Positions 46,391 through 57,516 of a stretch of DNA of 64,000 nt are shown piece after piece; the first letter of the stretch is position 1, and each line of letters begins with the position of its first letter. A program made the translations under genes and the position numbers. The DNA comes from a virus, in UHGV virus genome UHGV-0326994, one strand, 5' to 3'. The notes beneath the pieces were generated by a model. That model worked only from the letters and a program-made list of their open reading frames with translations, made no database searches and was not told the DNA's origin.

Positions 46391-47117
46391 CCCCTTTTAA
46401 CCAGCACTTCAGGTTATTAGCATCATAATTCAGTTTCGGGTATGAGGTTACATGGAACTGCTCACCATCATAGTAGACAATATCTGCAATCCATAGTCCG
46501 TTCTCTTTACAGAAGTCTTTATCTGCTTTAGAGGTAATTGGATTAACTTCTACAAAACCATCTACACCCAAATCCTTTAAGCTACCTACAATACCTTTGC
46601 AGATAACGCATGTCTCAGATACTACCACAAAAAGTTCTTGGCTTTCAAGTTCTACAATGTATTCACCAAGCTGTACTTTAGGGAGATTCGATTGCTTCAT
46701 AATCTTCCCATCGGATGCACGCACAATTGCATACCATTCTTTACCATCAACCACTGACATTCTGACAATACAATCTTGACCAGTACGCTTCTCAATATCT
46801 GCAAGACGTTTTAAAGCTTCTTCATAGTCATCTGTGTACTTCAGGTCATTATTATGGCAAACAGCTTCCATAGCACCATTATGGTCATGTTGTGACAGGT
46901 AAATCAAACCGTCGAGAACATATTGCAAATCTGCCTGAGCATCCAGTGTCTCAATGGGGTCTTTCTCTTCAATTGCTTTTACAAGCTCTTTTGCTTCTTC
47001 AAGCATACACAGAGATTGAGATTTCAAAGACTCCCAATACTCATCACTGTAGGGTTGCTTTTGAGTGTTTCCACAACGAAGATTCCAGTTTTTTACTGAT
47101 TCTCTTGAGTTAAACAT
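46362..47117 (-). CDS. hypothetical protein, possible MazG-like N-terminal domain
   Basis: Acidic helical block LEEAKELVKAIEE...LDAQADLQYVLDGL resembles MazG/HisE pyrophosphohydrolase motifs; weak. Confidence 0.4.
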   Translation of the reverse strand: MFNSRESVKNWNLRCGNTQKQPYSDEYWESLKSQSLCMLEEAKELVKAIEEKDPIETLDAQADLQYVLDGLIYLSQHDHNGAMEAVCHNNDLKYTDDYEEALKRLADIEKRTGQDCIVRMSVVDGKEWYAIVRASDGKIMKQSNLPKVQLGEYIVELESQELFVVVSETCVICKGIVGSLKDLGVDGFVEVNPITSKADKDFCKENGLWIADIVYYDGEQFHVTSYPKLNYDANNLKCWLKGVGYNGFTEH

Positions 47118-47356
47118 TCGGACTCCTTAAAATATCTGTTAACCTTTAGCTCTCGTGTTTCAATATATTCCAGATGCTCACGTAGCTCTTGACGTTTAAG
47201 CATTAGGTGCTGCATTTGGGATTCAACAGCTTCAACTTCTTTAATTATTGACTCTCTAGCATTTGCAAGAATGCGCTCAAGTTCTTCAATCTTACTGTCA
47301 ACTTTTGCTACATGGCTCACAGCTTTGCTTTTGTTAAACATTTTATTCTCTCTCAA
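47093..47356 (-). CDS. hypothetical coiled-coil protein (87 aa)
   Basis: ORF track; charged helical sequence. Confidence 0.4.
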   Translation of the reverse strand: MRENKMFNKSKAVSHVAKVDSKIEELERILANARESIIKEVEAVESQMQHLMLKRQELREHLEYIETRELKVNRYFKESECLTQENQ

Positions 47357-47362
47357 TAGTTA

Positions 47363-47860
47363 TCAAGCACAGTTTGCTTTCATTACCTTATGGATTCTTT
47401 TTTCAGCATCTTCATAAGTTTCTTTGGTAATAAACTTAATTGCTGCAATATTGGCATTGTAGAAGAGTCTGAGCTTAGAGTCAATCCTTTTTGTCATTAC
47501 ATCGAATTTATGTTGGAGGTTTGCTTCACCATAAACTAGACCACCTTTTGTGTAGTAGGTCTGAATAATGTAAAAGTCAAAAAATTCTTTTCCAAAACTC
47601 TCAATATCTTTTTTAATATACTCAGAAGAAGTCTCATAAGTCATCCAATCACTCTCCTTAGTGACTACCTTCTTCCGAGTCTTGCCAGCAACCTTTCTTT
47701 TAGTCACACTATTAAGCTGTTTCTTTCCAATATAATATTGTCCGGTTTTCTTACAGTGTACTAAATAGACAAAGCCAAAATGTTTAGTGGGGTCAACTTC
47801 CCCACATAAAGATACCCAATGACCATAGGTAGGGCAATTGCCAAATCCTTTAATCTTCAT
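47363..47860 (-). CDS. GIY-YIG homing endonuclease-like protein
   Basis: GIY-YIG core FVYLVHCKKTGQYYIGKK near N-terminus; sits inside the replication module. Confidence 0.55.
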   Translation of the reverse strand: MKIKGFGNCPTYGHWVSLCGEVDPTKHFGFVYLVHCKKTGQYYIGKKQLNSVTKRKVAGKTRKKVVTKESDWMTYETSSEYIKKDIESFGKEFFDFYIIQTYYTKGGLVYGEANLQHKFDVMTKRIDSKLRLFYNANIAAIKFITKETYEDAEKRIHKVMKANCA

Positions 47861-48890
47861 TCATACACGGCTCCCAATTATATTTCTTAAAAGAGAAATT
47901 ATCTTTTGGATTTCTCTCTTGATATGCTATCCAGAAATGCTGTTCCATTAGTTCTAACGGTGTCTTTGTAACAGTCTGTCCATCCCATGACACATAGGTG
48001 TAAGAGTCTTTTTTAGCATAGAGTTCATAGATAGCATCAAGACATTCTTTGTAGGTCTCTTTACCATCTAAAGCATTCATCACAGCTACTTTTCCAGCAC
48101 CTTTAAGGCCGAAGTAGTTGTCTGCATTATCCCCAGCAACAGCCTGATAACACAAGAATTTAAAACCTACACCGACTGTTTTTGCAGCTTTTGGTTTTGA
48201 TTTGATAGGACAATCCCAGATATGACCAACATTATTATCAGCAATAAAAATCAGTGGTGACTTTTCATAAGTCATATCAATACAATAAGTCCCTTCAGCT
48301 TGTCGAAGGTCTTTATCAATACTCATAAGAGCAGCCTTCTTACCCATCTTTTCAGCTTTGGCAATTACGATTGAATCGGCTTCGAAGCCTCCCTTTAAGA
48401 GTTTGAACTCTGGTCTGGATAAAAGATATTCCCGACAAGCAACTAAGTGTGTTGGTGTGACAGCATCTTTACGGTTACCTTGATATTGGTGCTCAAGACC
48501 TTTAATGTCTTTGTGTTTATGCACACCCTTCTCTGTTAAATAACCTACCCAAGTTCTTTCTTTACCAACAACTTTAAGCCATTCCTGAAGAACCTGTTGA
48601 GTAGCCATGATAGCTTCTTTTTCACTCTTAGCTTCTTTCCAAGTCTGTCTTTCCCATTCATCTTCATCAAATGTCAGGCCAAGTTCTTCCACAAGGATTC
48701 TCTGGTCTGCTAACCATCTTGCGGCATCTTTTGCATTATCAAATGGCTCAGATTCTTCTGCTGTAAGTTTATTCACATACTTATACTTTGCCTTTTCAAC
48801 TACACAAGCACCTTTATAGGCAATACTGTCAGAGTCAATAAAGACATGTGTAACTGAATCAGGAAGTTTTGTTAGTGTATACTGCTCCAT
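47850..48890 (-). CDS. rnh: RNase H / 5'-3' flap endonuclease (FEN family)
   Basis: Blocks VTHVFIDSDSIAYKG and FEADSIVIAKAEKMGKKAALMSIDKDLRQ parallel T4 RNase H metal-binding regions. Confidence 0.7.
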   Translation of the reverse strand: MEQYTLTKLPDSVTHVFIDSDSIAYKGACVVEKAKYKYVNKLTAEESEPFDNAKDAARWLADQRILVEELGLTFDEDEWERQTWKEAKSEKEAIMATQQVLQEWLKVVGKERTWVGYLTEKGVHKHKDIKGLEHQYQGNRKDAVTPTHLVACREYLLSRPEFKLLKGGFEADSIVIAKAEKMGKKAALMSIDKDLRQAEGTYCIDMTYEKSPLIFIADNNVGHIWDCPIKSKPKAAKTVGVGFKFLCYQAVAGDNADNYFGLKGAGKVAVMNALDGKETYKECLDAIYELYAKKDSYTYVSWDGQTVTKTPLELMEQHFWIAYQERNPKDNFSFKKYNWEPCMNED

Positions 48891-48952
48891 TATGACTCTC
48901 CATATGAAAAAGCCCCATACTAAGTACAGGGCTTTAAAGTAACTTTTAGAGA

Positions 48953-49807
48953 TTAGTCTTCTGTATCGAAGTCTTCATCTTCTTCGTCATCTGGGTCTGG
49001 CAAGTCTTCATCATCGCCATCAGAATCATTCGAAGGTTTGTGGTCAGTTGCGTCTTCTTCAGTGATTTCACCGTTATCTTCAACACCATCAAGACCAAGC
49101 ATAGCCAGTTCATCTTCATCCAGTTCAGGTTCGCCATTAGCACCGTTGCCACCAGTGTAAGGTACAAGAGTATCAATGATGAACTGTTCCTGAATAGGTT
49201 TTGTCAGAACGTTATTCTCAAAAGTGTAGAAGTGAGTAGAAAGAATCACACTACCAAAAGAACCGTTACCGACTGCAATATCTGGATGAATTACATCATA
49301 GTTCTTATCATCTTCATGTTTGTCAGATGCTTGAGCTTTGATTTTCTTCATCGGCTGTTTAACAGCTACACGCTTACCATTTACTTCTTCAATCAGCATT
49401 ACAGGGAATGACTGTTTAGCTGTCCACACAGCACCATCTTTATAAGCTGCTGCACGACTTACTTTCAAGATGTAGTAAGTATCTGCTTCAAATGGTGGTT
49501 TGCAACCAAACTTCTCTTCGAAGTCATCTGCATCAACTGCTTCAGTAGTAACTTTATCCCAACCTTCTGGGTTTTTCTTAGACTTAGTAAACTCTTTAAA
49601 CAGCTTGTTACCATCTTCTGCCAGAATTGAAACGCTGTAGTTGCAGTCTTTGCCTGGGAATTTCTTATCAATGGATTTACCTTTTCCCGGACGTGGTGAA
49701 GTGTTCAGGTAATAAAACCAAACATCTTTCAGCAGGTAACGCAGAGTTTGACGTTCAGTACCGTTGTACTTCTCTACCGGAGCTTTCATTTTAACAACTT
49801 TAGACAT
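48953..49807 (-). CDS. putative single-stranded DNA-binding protein with acidic C-terminal tail
   Basis: 284 aa ending in a long Asp/Glu-rich tail; between RNase H and primase-helicase; inferred from context. Confidence 0.4.
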   Translation of the reverse strand: MSKVVKMKAPVEKYNGTERQTLRYLLKDVWFYYLNTSPRPGKGKSIDKKFPGKDCNYSVSILAEDGNKLFKEFTKSKKNPEGWDKVTTEAVDADDFEEKFGCKPPFEADTYYILKVSRAAAYKDGAVWTAKQSFPVMLIEEVNGKRVAVKQPMKKIKAQASDKHEDDKNYDVIHPDIAVGNGSFGSVILSTHFYTFENNVLTKPIQEQFIIDTLVPYTGGNGANGEPELDEDELAMLGLDGVEDNGEITEEDATDHKPSNDSDGDDEDLPDPDDEEDEDFDTED

Positions 49808-50281
49808 TATTTAAACCTCTATCTCAATTTATGAAGAGTACCAATTCTAATTTGTTGATACTCTATTGTCAAACATTAATTACTGGAAGTTGTGCTTATC
49901 TTTAGAAGCTGCTTTACGTGCGGTTTTTCCAGTTCTTACACGCTTCTCTTCATAGTACTTTGCTGGTTTTCCAGCAGTGGCTTTTAAGGAATCCCCAAAA
50001 ACTTTTTCAAATGCTTTAGAGTGTTTCATGATATTCTCCGATATACTTGATATTCAAACACATTTTCTTTAATTATAAACAGCCAACTAATATTATGCTG
50101 AGGCAGCGAAATTATGACTGTAATCGTGCTTTGGTAGAAATCTTCTTTTATCTCAACTTCCCCATTGCATTTCATGTAGAGCATTCTATAGAACCTATCA
50201 ATCTTTGTCAAACACTCTTCCTGAAATTCATTTAAACTTTTTTCTTCAAAGAAGGGTGTGAACCCCTCTCTTTTATAACTA

Positions 50282-52273
50282 TCACTCAGTTTCGAATGGG
50301 CAGTCATCTGCATCCTCACTTAATACAGGTGGAATAGTTGAGCTTTGACGCTGCTCTTCAGTATAAACTTCACCAGTCTCACGGTCAAACACTTCATCCT
50401 CATAATGTGGTAAAGAGTCATCGTAATGGTCTTCAGCTTCACCAATACCAAACTGTTGACGGATATTTTCTGCTGCACCATCAATGTCAACTCCACAACC
50501 AGATGCTTTAATGAGACGCCCTGTATCTGGATTGTACCAAGTGTGACCAGCAATACCAGTTGACTTACCGTGACGGCGACATTTAGTTAACTTGATTTTT
50601 GTCAAGTTTTTCTTAACAGGGTCTGGGTCAACCTTGTTACGCATTAACAGGATGTTGTTCATAGAAATCTGGAAGTATGCACCAGAACCCTTAATATCCT
50701 CTTCAGAGATGTCTCCACCTTCAGAGTTAGCTTTCTGACCACCTGCACTCTTACGAACGTGGCAGACGTTAACCTGTGCATACTGGTAGCGTTTACAACG
50801 ACGCAATAGCTCAGACAAAACTTCCTCTTCATCCGTATCAGAGCGTGACAGAGCTAACGTAATAGGGTCAAGAATGATAATCTTACAATCTAAGCTGTTA
50901 ACAAGATAGTCAACAAACTCCAGTAGGTTATCTTGGTCAATTGCCCCTTGATGGTCAACGATATGGATACGACGACCTTTAGACAGTTCTGCGTGTGCTC
51001 CTTTCAATTCGTCCCAATCACGTTCATCATAAGGAATCTCTGAAATCTGTTTACTCAGATGGATTGCACAGAGCATTTCCATAAGTTCTTCGTAAGTGTC
51101 TTCTACAGGAATTACACCGATATTGTAGTCAGTCTCTTTCCAAGCTGAATAAATCATCTCACGAGTGTAAGCTGACTTACCTACTGAAGATGGTGCTGCA
51201 ATAGTTGTAATCTCACCTAAACCATAACCACCATAAGTTAGTCTGTTCAAATCTCCGAAAGATTCTGGGAAAGGAATCAATGGAATCTGACCACGATTCT
51301 TCATTGCCTCAAAACCATCTGCAAAGTTCTTGATACCAGCAGGGCAGTAACGAGGTGCATTGTAGATACGCTGCTTGAATCCTTCCAGAACTGTATCTTT
51401 CTCTTTATAGAACTTTGTCCACCATTCGTTAAGGTCTTTTACACCCTCTGGGTACTGGAATAAACGAACCTTCTCAATGGGTAGGATACCAGCAGCCTCT
51501 TTGGTAGCTTTAGCACCTGCTTCATCATTATCAAAGCACAAGTAAATCTCATCAAATGATGTGATGTACTGATAGTTGTCTTTGATAGACTTGATGTTTG
51601 CACCTGATGGAACAGATACGTGACAGTAATTCTTACGACGAGACTTATCTTTAATTGCTAAAGAAGTCATGTAGATTGCTGTAGCACATTCCATCTCACC
51701 TTCCCAGATGAACAGGCGGTTGCCACCTTCTGGAGCAATCCATGAACCGAACATTGCCAGTTCACCTTTAATGTCTCCAACACCACCTGAAAAGTCTTTT
51801 AACTTCCCACGTAGGTGCTCTTTTGGATGGTCTTCTGGGTAACGGTGACGAACACGATAACCAACATGCTCTAACTTACCATCTTCATTACGTTTGTAAG
51901 TTGGGTAGAAATGTGCGTCAATTTCACCGTCACTGTCAATGTCAACCTTGATACCTAAACGCTCAAGGACTTTTGCAGGAATCTTCCTGTCTTTCAAGTC
52001 CATTGCTTCTAGGTTTTCTTTTACATCATCTAAATCCATTCCACGGAAGGTACGGTTTTTATTATCTGAACCAGTAGAATAAGTGCTCACGATTTGTCCT
52101 TTATCAAAATCCCACTCTGGGAAACCTTTATTACAGCTAAAGCAAGTCATCGAATAAGAATCATCGTCATGATGGTAGATTGAACCAGCATCTGATGAAC
52201 CACAACGTGGACATGCACAATGACCAACAAACTGACCAGCCTCTTTCAATTTACGACCTTTAGACATTAGCAC
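50282..52273 (-). CDS. bifunctional primase-helicase (T7 gp4-like)
   Basis: N-terminal zinc finger (CPRCGS...CFSCNKG), TOPRIM acidic motifs, DnaB-type Walker A APSSVGKS and Walker B IIILD. Confidence 0.8.
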   Translation of the reverse strand: MLMSKGRKLKEAGQFVGHCACPRCGSSDAGSIYHHDDDSYSMTCFSCNKGFPEWDFDKGQIVSTYSTGSDNKNRTFRGMDLDDVKENLEAMDLKDRKIPAKVLERLGIKVDIDSDGEIDAHFYPTYKRNEDGKLEHVGYRVRHRYPEDHPKEHLRGKLKDFSGGVGDIKGELAMFGSWIAPEGGNRLFIWEGEMECATAIYMTSLAIKDKSRRKNYCHVSVPSGANIKSIKDNYQYITSFDEIYLCFDNDEAGAKATKEAAGILPIEKVRLFQYPEGVKDLNEWWTKFYKEKDTVLEGFKQRIYNAPRYCPAGIKNFADGFEAMKNRGQIPLIPFPESFGDLNRLTYGGYGLGEITTIAAPSSVGKSAYTREMIYSAWKETDYNIGVIPVEDTYEELMEMLCAIHLSKQISEIPYDERDWDELKGAHAELSKGRRIHIVDHQGAIDQDNLLEFVDYLVNSLDCKIIILDPITLALSRSDTDEEEVLSELLRRCKRYQYAQVNVCHVRKSAGGQKANSEGGDISEEDIKGSGAYFQISMNNILLMRNKVDPDPVKKNLTKIKLTKCRRHGKSTGIAGHTWYNPDTGRLIKASGCGVDIDGAAENIRQQFGIGEAEDHYDDSLPHYEDEVFDRETGEVYTEEQRQSSTIPPVLSEDADDCPFETE

Positions 52274-52460
52274 CTCTTCGTTGTAGTTCTGCCTTCAATC
52301 CATTTTCAATCTTGTCCAGTTCATGAATCTCATCTGCAATCTCTTTCCTTCGTGATTCAACTCTCTTAAGACGTTCAATCATTACCTCATTGGAAAGAGA
52401 TGAGAGTTCCACTAAACGATGGTCAATAACTTTGAAATTGTCTTTTACTCTCATCTTCAT
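52260..52460 (-). CDS. hypothetical small protein (66 aa)
   Basis: ORF track. Confidence 0.4.
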   Translation of the reverse strand: MKMRVKDNFKVIDHRLVELSSLSNEVMIERLKRVESRRKEIADEIHELDKIENGLKAELQRRGANV

Positions 52461-52468
52461 TCTCTCTT

Positions 52469-53212
52469 TTAAACTTTAATGATGGCTCTTAGCTTGTTCT
52501 CAAGGTCTGCAAGAGTACCATTATTATGAATAATGTCACGCTCATATTTTGTAGAAATCCCATTTTCTGAAACATGTGATGAAACTTTGTCCACATTGTC
52601 TCTTTTTACTTCAATAGTTTGGTGTGCAAATCTGCTCAGCCATTCAGCTTCAGAGTCAAATCTTAAATCACTGATTAAGACAAAACCATATTGATTTCTA
52701 AGTGAGCACATTTCATGGAATCTAACCATTCTTTTTTCAAGGTCTTTAGACCAGAACTTGTCGCCCATTACTTTACGGACAACTTCAGTGCCCCAAATCT
52801 GTTGAATTTGTCTTGATGAGAATTTATACTTTTTGCTAAACCCCAGACGTGTCAATAGAGTCGGTTTAGCAACCTTCTTAAGCTCCATGGTTAATCGTCC
52901 GGTTAACTCTGACATAAGCTTGAAGTCCATATGGTAACGTTCATCTCTGAAGGTGAACTCCATAGCTTCCGTAACTTTAAACATCAGTTCAGGATATGAT
53001 AAGTCAAATACCTGTGGAGTCTCTTTAGTTTCACCATACAGGTCATTCCAAGTCAGGTCAAATATCTTTGATGCAGACAGTTTAAGGTTGTCTGCAAAGG
53101 CCATTACAGCAACATTGTAGCCGTACTCATCCTCTAAGATGTTCTTCACAATAGAACATGAGGTGTCTTTTCCAGAACGTGCCTTTCCAGTAAATGCGAT
53201 AATATTACTCAT
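52469..53212 (-). CDS. deoxynucleoside monophosphate kinase
   Basis: N-terminus IIAFTGKARSGKDT parallels T4 gp1 dNMP kinase P-loop (GVKRSGKDT); 247 aa. Confidence 0.65.
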   Translation of the reverse strand: MSNIIAFTGKARSGKDTSCSIVKNILEDEYGYNVAVMAFADNLKLSASKIFDLTWNDLYGETKETPQVFDLSYPELMFKVTEAMEFTFRDERYHMDFKLMSELTGRLTMELKKVAKPTLLTRLGFSKKYKFSSRQIQQIWGTEVVRKVMGDKFWSKDLEKRMVRFHEMCSLRNQYGFVLISDLRFDSEAEWLSRFAHQTIEVKRDNVDKVSSHVSENGISTKYERDIIHNNGTLADLENKLRAIIKV

Positions 53213-53273
53213 TTTATCTCCCTTAATTACTAAAAAGCCCCCAACTAAGGAGGCTTTTAAGATTTATAAAAAC

Positions 53274-54074
53274 TTAGTGCAGTTGGTCAGCATACTCTTT
53301 TTCAGCCATAGCTGAGATTTGCTTCACAAAATCATCACCGAAGTTAATGCGCAGTTTCTCTTCAATGATTGAAGCTCCAATGCTCACCAAAACATCATTG
53401 ATTGCTTGCATACTGACACCACCAGTCATACTCTCAATGAACTCGATGGTCGTACCCATCATCTGTGAAAGCTGGATTAGTGCAACGATATTCATCATCG
53501 TAGAGATGGCTGGAATCATCAATGCAACTTTCACCTGTAGTGGTTCTATGTCAGCTACAGAATCATTTTTCACAGCTTCTTCCAAAGAATCTTTGGTTTG
53601 CTGGATAATCTCTTTGATTCGTGGGTTTAATTCTTCTACACCCCAATCAAATTTTTCATACCGTGATAACTTCTCATTCATACGCTTCTCAAGAGCAGCC
53701 ATAACAGCACTCGTTGAAGAAATTAACAGGTCAACGAGCGCATTATTATCTAAGAGCAGTAGCAATTCTTTTTCTTCAGATGTCATGGCAATATAGTCAT
53801 TTTTCTGCATCTCCTTAAAGATGAACTCTGCAAGAGCATCGACACCTGCAACGATAGATGCTAAAGCAAGTGTTTTGTCACACAGCATCATATTAACCTG
53901 TTCTGCAAAAGCACCGTTATCGGACTTATCTTCAGGCAAGTTGTAGCTTGCAGGCATAAACTGTTCTGTGTAGTTATTTCCACGAAGAATCATAGCCATG
54001 CTTTCTACGGCATTGATTAAGAATGCTTCATCAACACCTTTCTCTTCAAGCATCTGTTCAACATTGATATTCAT
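53274..54074 (-). CDS. hypothetical protein (266 aa)
   Basis: ORF track. Confidence 0.5.
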   Translation of the reverse strand: MNINVEQMLEEKGVDEAFLINAVESMAMILRGNNYTEQFMPASYNLPEDKSDNGAFAEQVNMMLCDKTLALASIVAGVDALAEFIFKEMQKNDYIAMTSEEKELLLLLDNNALVDLLISSTSAVMAALEKRMNEKLSRYEKFDWGVEELNPRIKEIIQQTKDSLEEAVKNDSVADIEPLQVKVALMIPAISTMMNIVALIQLSQMMGTTIEFIESMTGGVSMQAINDVLVSIGASIIEEKLRINFGDDFVKQISAMAEKEYADQLH

Positions 54075-54075
54075 A

Positions 54076-54498
54076 TTATTTCTCTCTCAGTTGGTTAAGT
54101 TTCTTTCTAGAACATTTTAAGTTTTCTGATGAAGAAAAGTCAAGTGTCTTTTCAGAACGTGGATAGTAATGTCTATCCCAAGAAGTTTCAACATCATTAA
54201 TCAGTGACGCTAGATTACACAGGTCTGTACCACTTTGCAACCTCTTTTTAAGAGAATCTAGTAAAGCAACTGTGTCTTTAGCTTTACGTCTAGCTGTAGC
54301 AACATCTTTCATATGCTCAAATACAGAGCATTTTAAGTCATCTTCGTAGTTTTCAGATAACTCTATTTCATGTTGGATATCAACCATTCTCCTGTGATGG
54401 TGAGCATATTCCCGTTGAGCAGCAATGTCAAGTTCTTCCAACTTCTGCAAAGCCCTAACAAAGTCAGCTACGTCTGGGTGAACAAACATTTTCTGCAT
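54076..54498 (-). CDS. hypothetical protein (140 aa); first gene of the minus-strand block
   Basis: ORF track; divergent promoter region upstream. Confidence 0.5.
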   Translation of the reverse strand: MQKMFVHPDVADFVRALQKLEELDIAAQREYAHHHRRMVDIQHEIELSENYEDDLKCSVFEHMKDVATARRKAKDTVALLDSLKKRLQSGTDLCNLASLINDVETSWDRHYYPRSEKTLDFSSSENLKCSRKKLNQLREK

Positions 54499-54755
54499 GT
54501 AAGCCTCTTTTAAATAACTATTAAGTTTTAATCTTTTATCTTAACGTATTCTATACGTTATACTTTAAAGCTTTTTAAAAGCTATTAAATAATCTTTTAA
54601 GAGTTTTAAAGTATCTGTATAGTTAAACTGTTAAGTAACCTTTTAAGTAAAAACCCACTTCGCAAAGATTAACACCTTGTCAAGTACATTGTCAACTTGC
54701 TTTTTATAATTTTTTGCAGTAATGTATGAGGTTAATGATTTTAGAGGGAGTAAAA

Positions 54756-57455
54756 ATGGAAAACGTAGATTTTAAAAACTTACATTTAGTTGGTGATACA
54801 GAAACTGATGGTTTACTCCTTGAGTTCACTAAAGTGCACGTAATGGCTTTCGCAGACTATAAATCTGACGATGAAGAGCCACCTGTATGGGTCTTTACAG
54901 ATGAGCCTATCCTCGGTCACAAATACACCAAGTATATCAAGGGTGGGTTACGCGAAGGTATTGAGTTTGCGTTAAAGGCAAAACGTCTTTGCATCCATAA
55001 CGGTCTCGGTTATGACTGGTGGGTTTTCAATCACATTGCACCCGATTTGTGGAACTTTGATAATCCAAAGTGTAAGCCGTGGAGTAATTTCTTTCAGGAT
55101 TCTCTTATCCAGTCTCGTGTTCAGTGGATGGATAGGCCAACCCCAAAGGGCTATAAAGGTGCTCATGGCTTGGCTGCATGGGGTGCTCGTGTTGGTGTCC
55201 GTAAACCAGAGATTGAACATTGGGGTGTGTGGAATGCAGAAATCTTCACTCGTGTTGTAGAAGATATCCGTATTAACGCCAAAACTAAACGTGCACTGGA
55301 TAATGAATATCTCAAGCTTAAGAAGTGTGGTATAGACACTTATGAAACCTATATGAGAGCTAAAGAAACATCTTTCTGGATGAGTCAACAAGCTATCAAT
55401 GGTTGGAAAGCTGATAAAGAGCTTATGGAGTTCCATGTAAAGGAACTTGACAAGTTGACTAATGAGCTTGCTTCAGAAGTTGAACCACATCTTCCTCCAA
55501 CTATTAAGACCAAAGGTAAAGTCACTGGAGAAGAGTTTGCAAAAGCTTGGAATGAGTATGTTGAAGCGTTCGGTCATGCAGATGGACTGAAGAGAATTAC
55601 CAAGTACCCTAAGACAAAGTATCGTCAACAGGTACGTAACGGTGAGATGCAGACATATGAAATCAAACCATTTGGTAAGCCAACTACAAAGATTTTTAAC
55701 ATTGAAAAGAGAAATTACTACACCCCAACCAACTCCGTAACTGGTGAAGAGTATAAGGAGGGTTTTGTAGCAATGAAGGATGCTCGTGCAATTTGCAATG
55801 AGTTGAATGCGAAGATTGGTAAGAAATGCAAAGACTGGAAGCCAGTAAAAACTGTCAAGACTGTGAAGTATTATAACAGCCACGTTGTTAACCATTTTGA
55901 ACTTGAGTCAAGTCGCTACACAGGATTGATTGATGCACCATATACACCAATTGAGTTTGAAGTTTCTCGTATGACTCAGGTGGCAGTTGTTAAAGACTAT
56001 TTGAAATCAGTTGGTTGGATTCCAGATGACTGGAACTATAAGAAAGACTCAGACGGTCGCCCTGTCAAAGTTTGTCGTTTCAAAGACAATAAAAAGATGA
56101 TTACAAAGCATCCTAAGTGGCAGGAGATGGTAGAGCGGTGTGGTTTGAGTTATGTTGAACATGAAGGTGTCCAGTACATTGAGCATAACTGGTCTGTGAA
56201 GAAGTACACTGATTTGCTTGAGCCTTGCTTAATCCGTACTTCACCAAAACTTACTGAATCATCTTATGATACGATTGAAGGTGAACTTGGACAGAAGATT
56301 GCTAAGTACTATACTTTGATGCACCGACGCAGGACTATTGAGAACTCAAAGGATGATGAAAAAGGTTGGCTGAACCAGATTCGTCCTGATGGTCGCCTTA
56401 GTGCTGGTGCAATGGTGTTTGGTACTTCAACTGGACGTATGACACAATATGGTATTGTAAACGTACCGTCTGGTGCTGCTGTCTATGGGGAACCAATGAG
56501 GGCAGTGTGGGTTTGTGAAGAAGGTACTAACGTTGTCTCTGTAGACATGAACTCAGCCCAGCTAGTTCTTCTTTGTAACTTTATGGGTGACAAAGACTTC
56601 ACCAAAGCGGTAACGCAAGGTAAAGAAGAGATTGAGTTTATTCGTCAAGAAGATGGACGCTATTACTGCAAACACTTTGATGAGTACCTCAATCCAGAGA
56701 TTGATAAGTACCTACGCTATGACTCTGAGAATGACCTTTACGTTGTCTATTCAGGGACTGATGCACACACACTGAACAGTATTTACTTTAGCTTGAATGA
56801 TGAGCAGGATATCTTGACTTGCCGAGCTACTCAGGATGAGAATCTTCTTCATGAGATTAGTAAGGGTCGTAAGAAAGCTAAGAATGGTATCTATGCACTA
56901 CTGTTCGGTGCAGGTGATGAGAAGTTTGCTAAGACTATTAAAGCTGCAACCACTCAGGAAGGTGCACTGACTAAACAGACTTACTTTATTCGTTTGCCTA
57001 AAATTAAGAAGCTGCTAGATGACTTGGAAGCTGACTACAAAGCGACTAAAAAGGCACTTGAAGAGGTATTTGGTAAGACTGCTGCAATCTCTAAAGGTGG
57101 TTTTGTAAAGGTTGCTGGAGCTTGGTTGTGGTGTAAATCTCCACACAAACTGTTGAACTATCTTTTGATGGGTTCAGAGGCTCAAATTCAGAATGAGGCG
57201 ATTAACCTTGCTTGTCGTCGTATGATTGACGAAGGCTTGATGAAGTTGAATGGTCGCAAACCAGCTATTGGTGCTCGTTTACTCTGCGCATATCACGATG
57301 AGACGAGTTGGGAATGCCCAGAAAGTATGACGGCAGATGTGAAAGCAGTTACTGACTGGTATTATGGACAAGCTTCTAAAAACTTAGGTCTTAAGAAAGA
57401 AACACTTGTTACAGGTACTGGTAAGGTTGGTAAAAGCTGGCTTGAGGTACACTAA
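54756..57455 (+). CDS. DNA polymerase, family A, with 3'-5' exonuclease domain
   Basis: Exo I motif GDTETDG, motif B RKKAKNGIYALLFGAG, motif C YHDE; start at MENVDFK with GAGGGA RBS. Confidence 0.85.
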   Translation: MENVDFKNLHLVGDTETDGLLLEFTKVHVMAFADYKSDDEEPPVWVFTDEPILGHKYTKYIKGGLREGIEFALKAKRLCIHNGLGYDWWVFNHIAPDLWNFDNPKCKPWSNFFQDSLIQSRVQWMDRPTPKGYKGAHGLAAWGARVGVRKPEIEHWGVWNAEIFTRVVEDIRINAKTKRALDNEYLKLKKCGIDTYETYMRAKETSFWMSQQAINGWKADKELMEFHVKELDKLTNELASEVEPHLPPTIKTKGKVTGEEFAKAWNEYVEAFGHADGLKRITKYPKTKYRQQVRNGEMQTYEIKPFGKPTTKIFNIEKRNYYTPTNSVTGEEYKEGFVAMKDARAICNELNAKIGKKCKDWKPVKTVKTVKYYNSHVVNHFELESSRYTGLIDAPYTPIEFEVSRMTQVAVVKDYLKSVGWIPDDWNYKKDSDGRPVKVCRFKDNKKMITKHPKWQEMVERCGLSYVEHEGVQYIEHNWSVKKYTDLLEPCLIRTSPKLTESSYDTIEGELGQKIAKYYTLMHRRRTIENSKDDEKGWLNQIRPDGRLSAGAMVFGTSTGRMTQYGIVNVPSGAAVYGEPMRAVWVCEEGTNVVSVDMNSAQLVLLCNFMGDKDFTKAVTQGKEEIEFIRQEDGRYYCKHFDEYLNPEIDKYLRYDSENDLYVVYSGTDAHTLNSIYFSLNDEQDILTCRATQDENLLHEISKGRKKAKNGIYALLFGAGDEKFAKTIKAATTQEGALTKQTYFIRLPKIKKLLDDLEADYKATKKALEEVFGKTAAISKGGFVKVAGAWLWCKSPHKLLNYLLMGSEAQIQNEAINLACRRMIDEGLMKLNGRKPAIGARLLCAYHDETSWECPESMTADVKAVTDWYYGQASKNLGLKKETLVTGTGKVGKSWLEVH

Positions 57456-57516
57456 TTAGTATTGACAAGGTGCTCATGGAAGAGTACCTTATACAATATC
57501 TTATATAGGAGGTTAT

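Noticed and set aside
53347-53796. Antisense ORFs inside large genes (53347-53796, 54972-55436, 55473-55895, 33608-34135, 29111-29627)
   Set aside because: Each is fully embedded opposite a longer ORF with clear motifs; typical shadow ORFs
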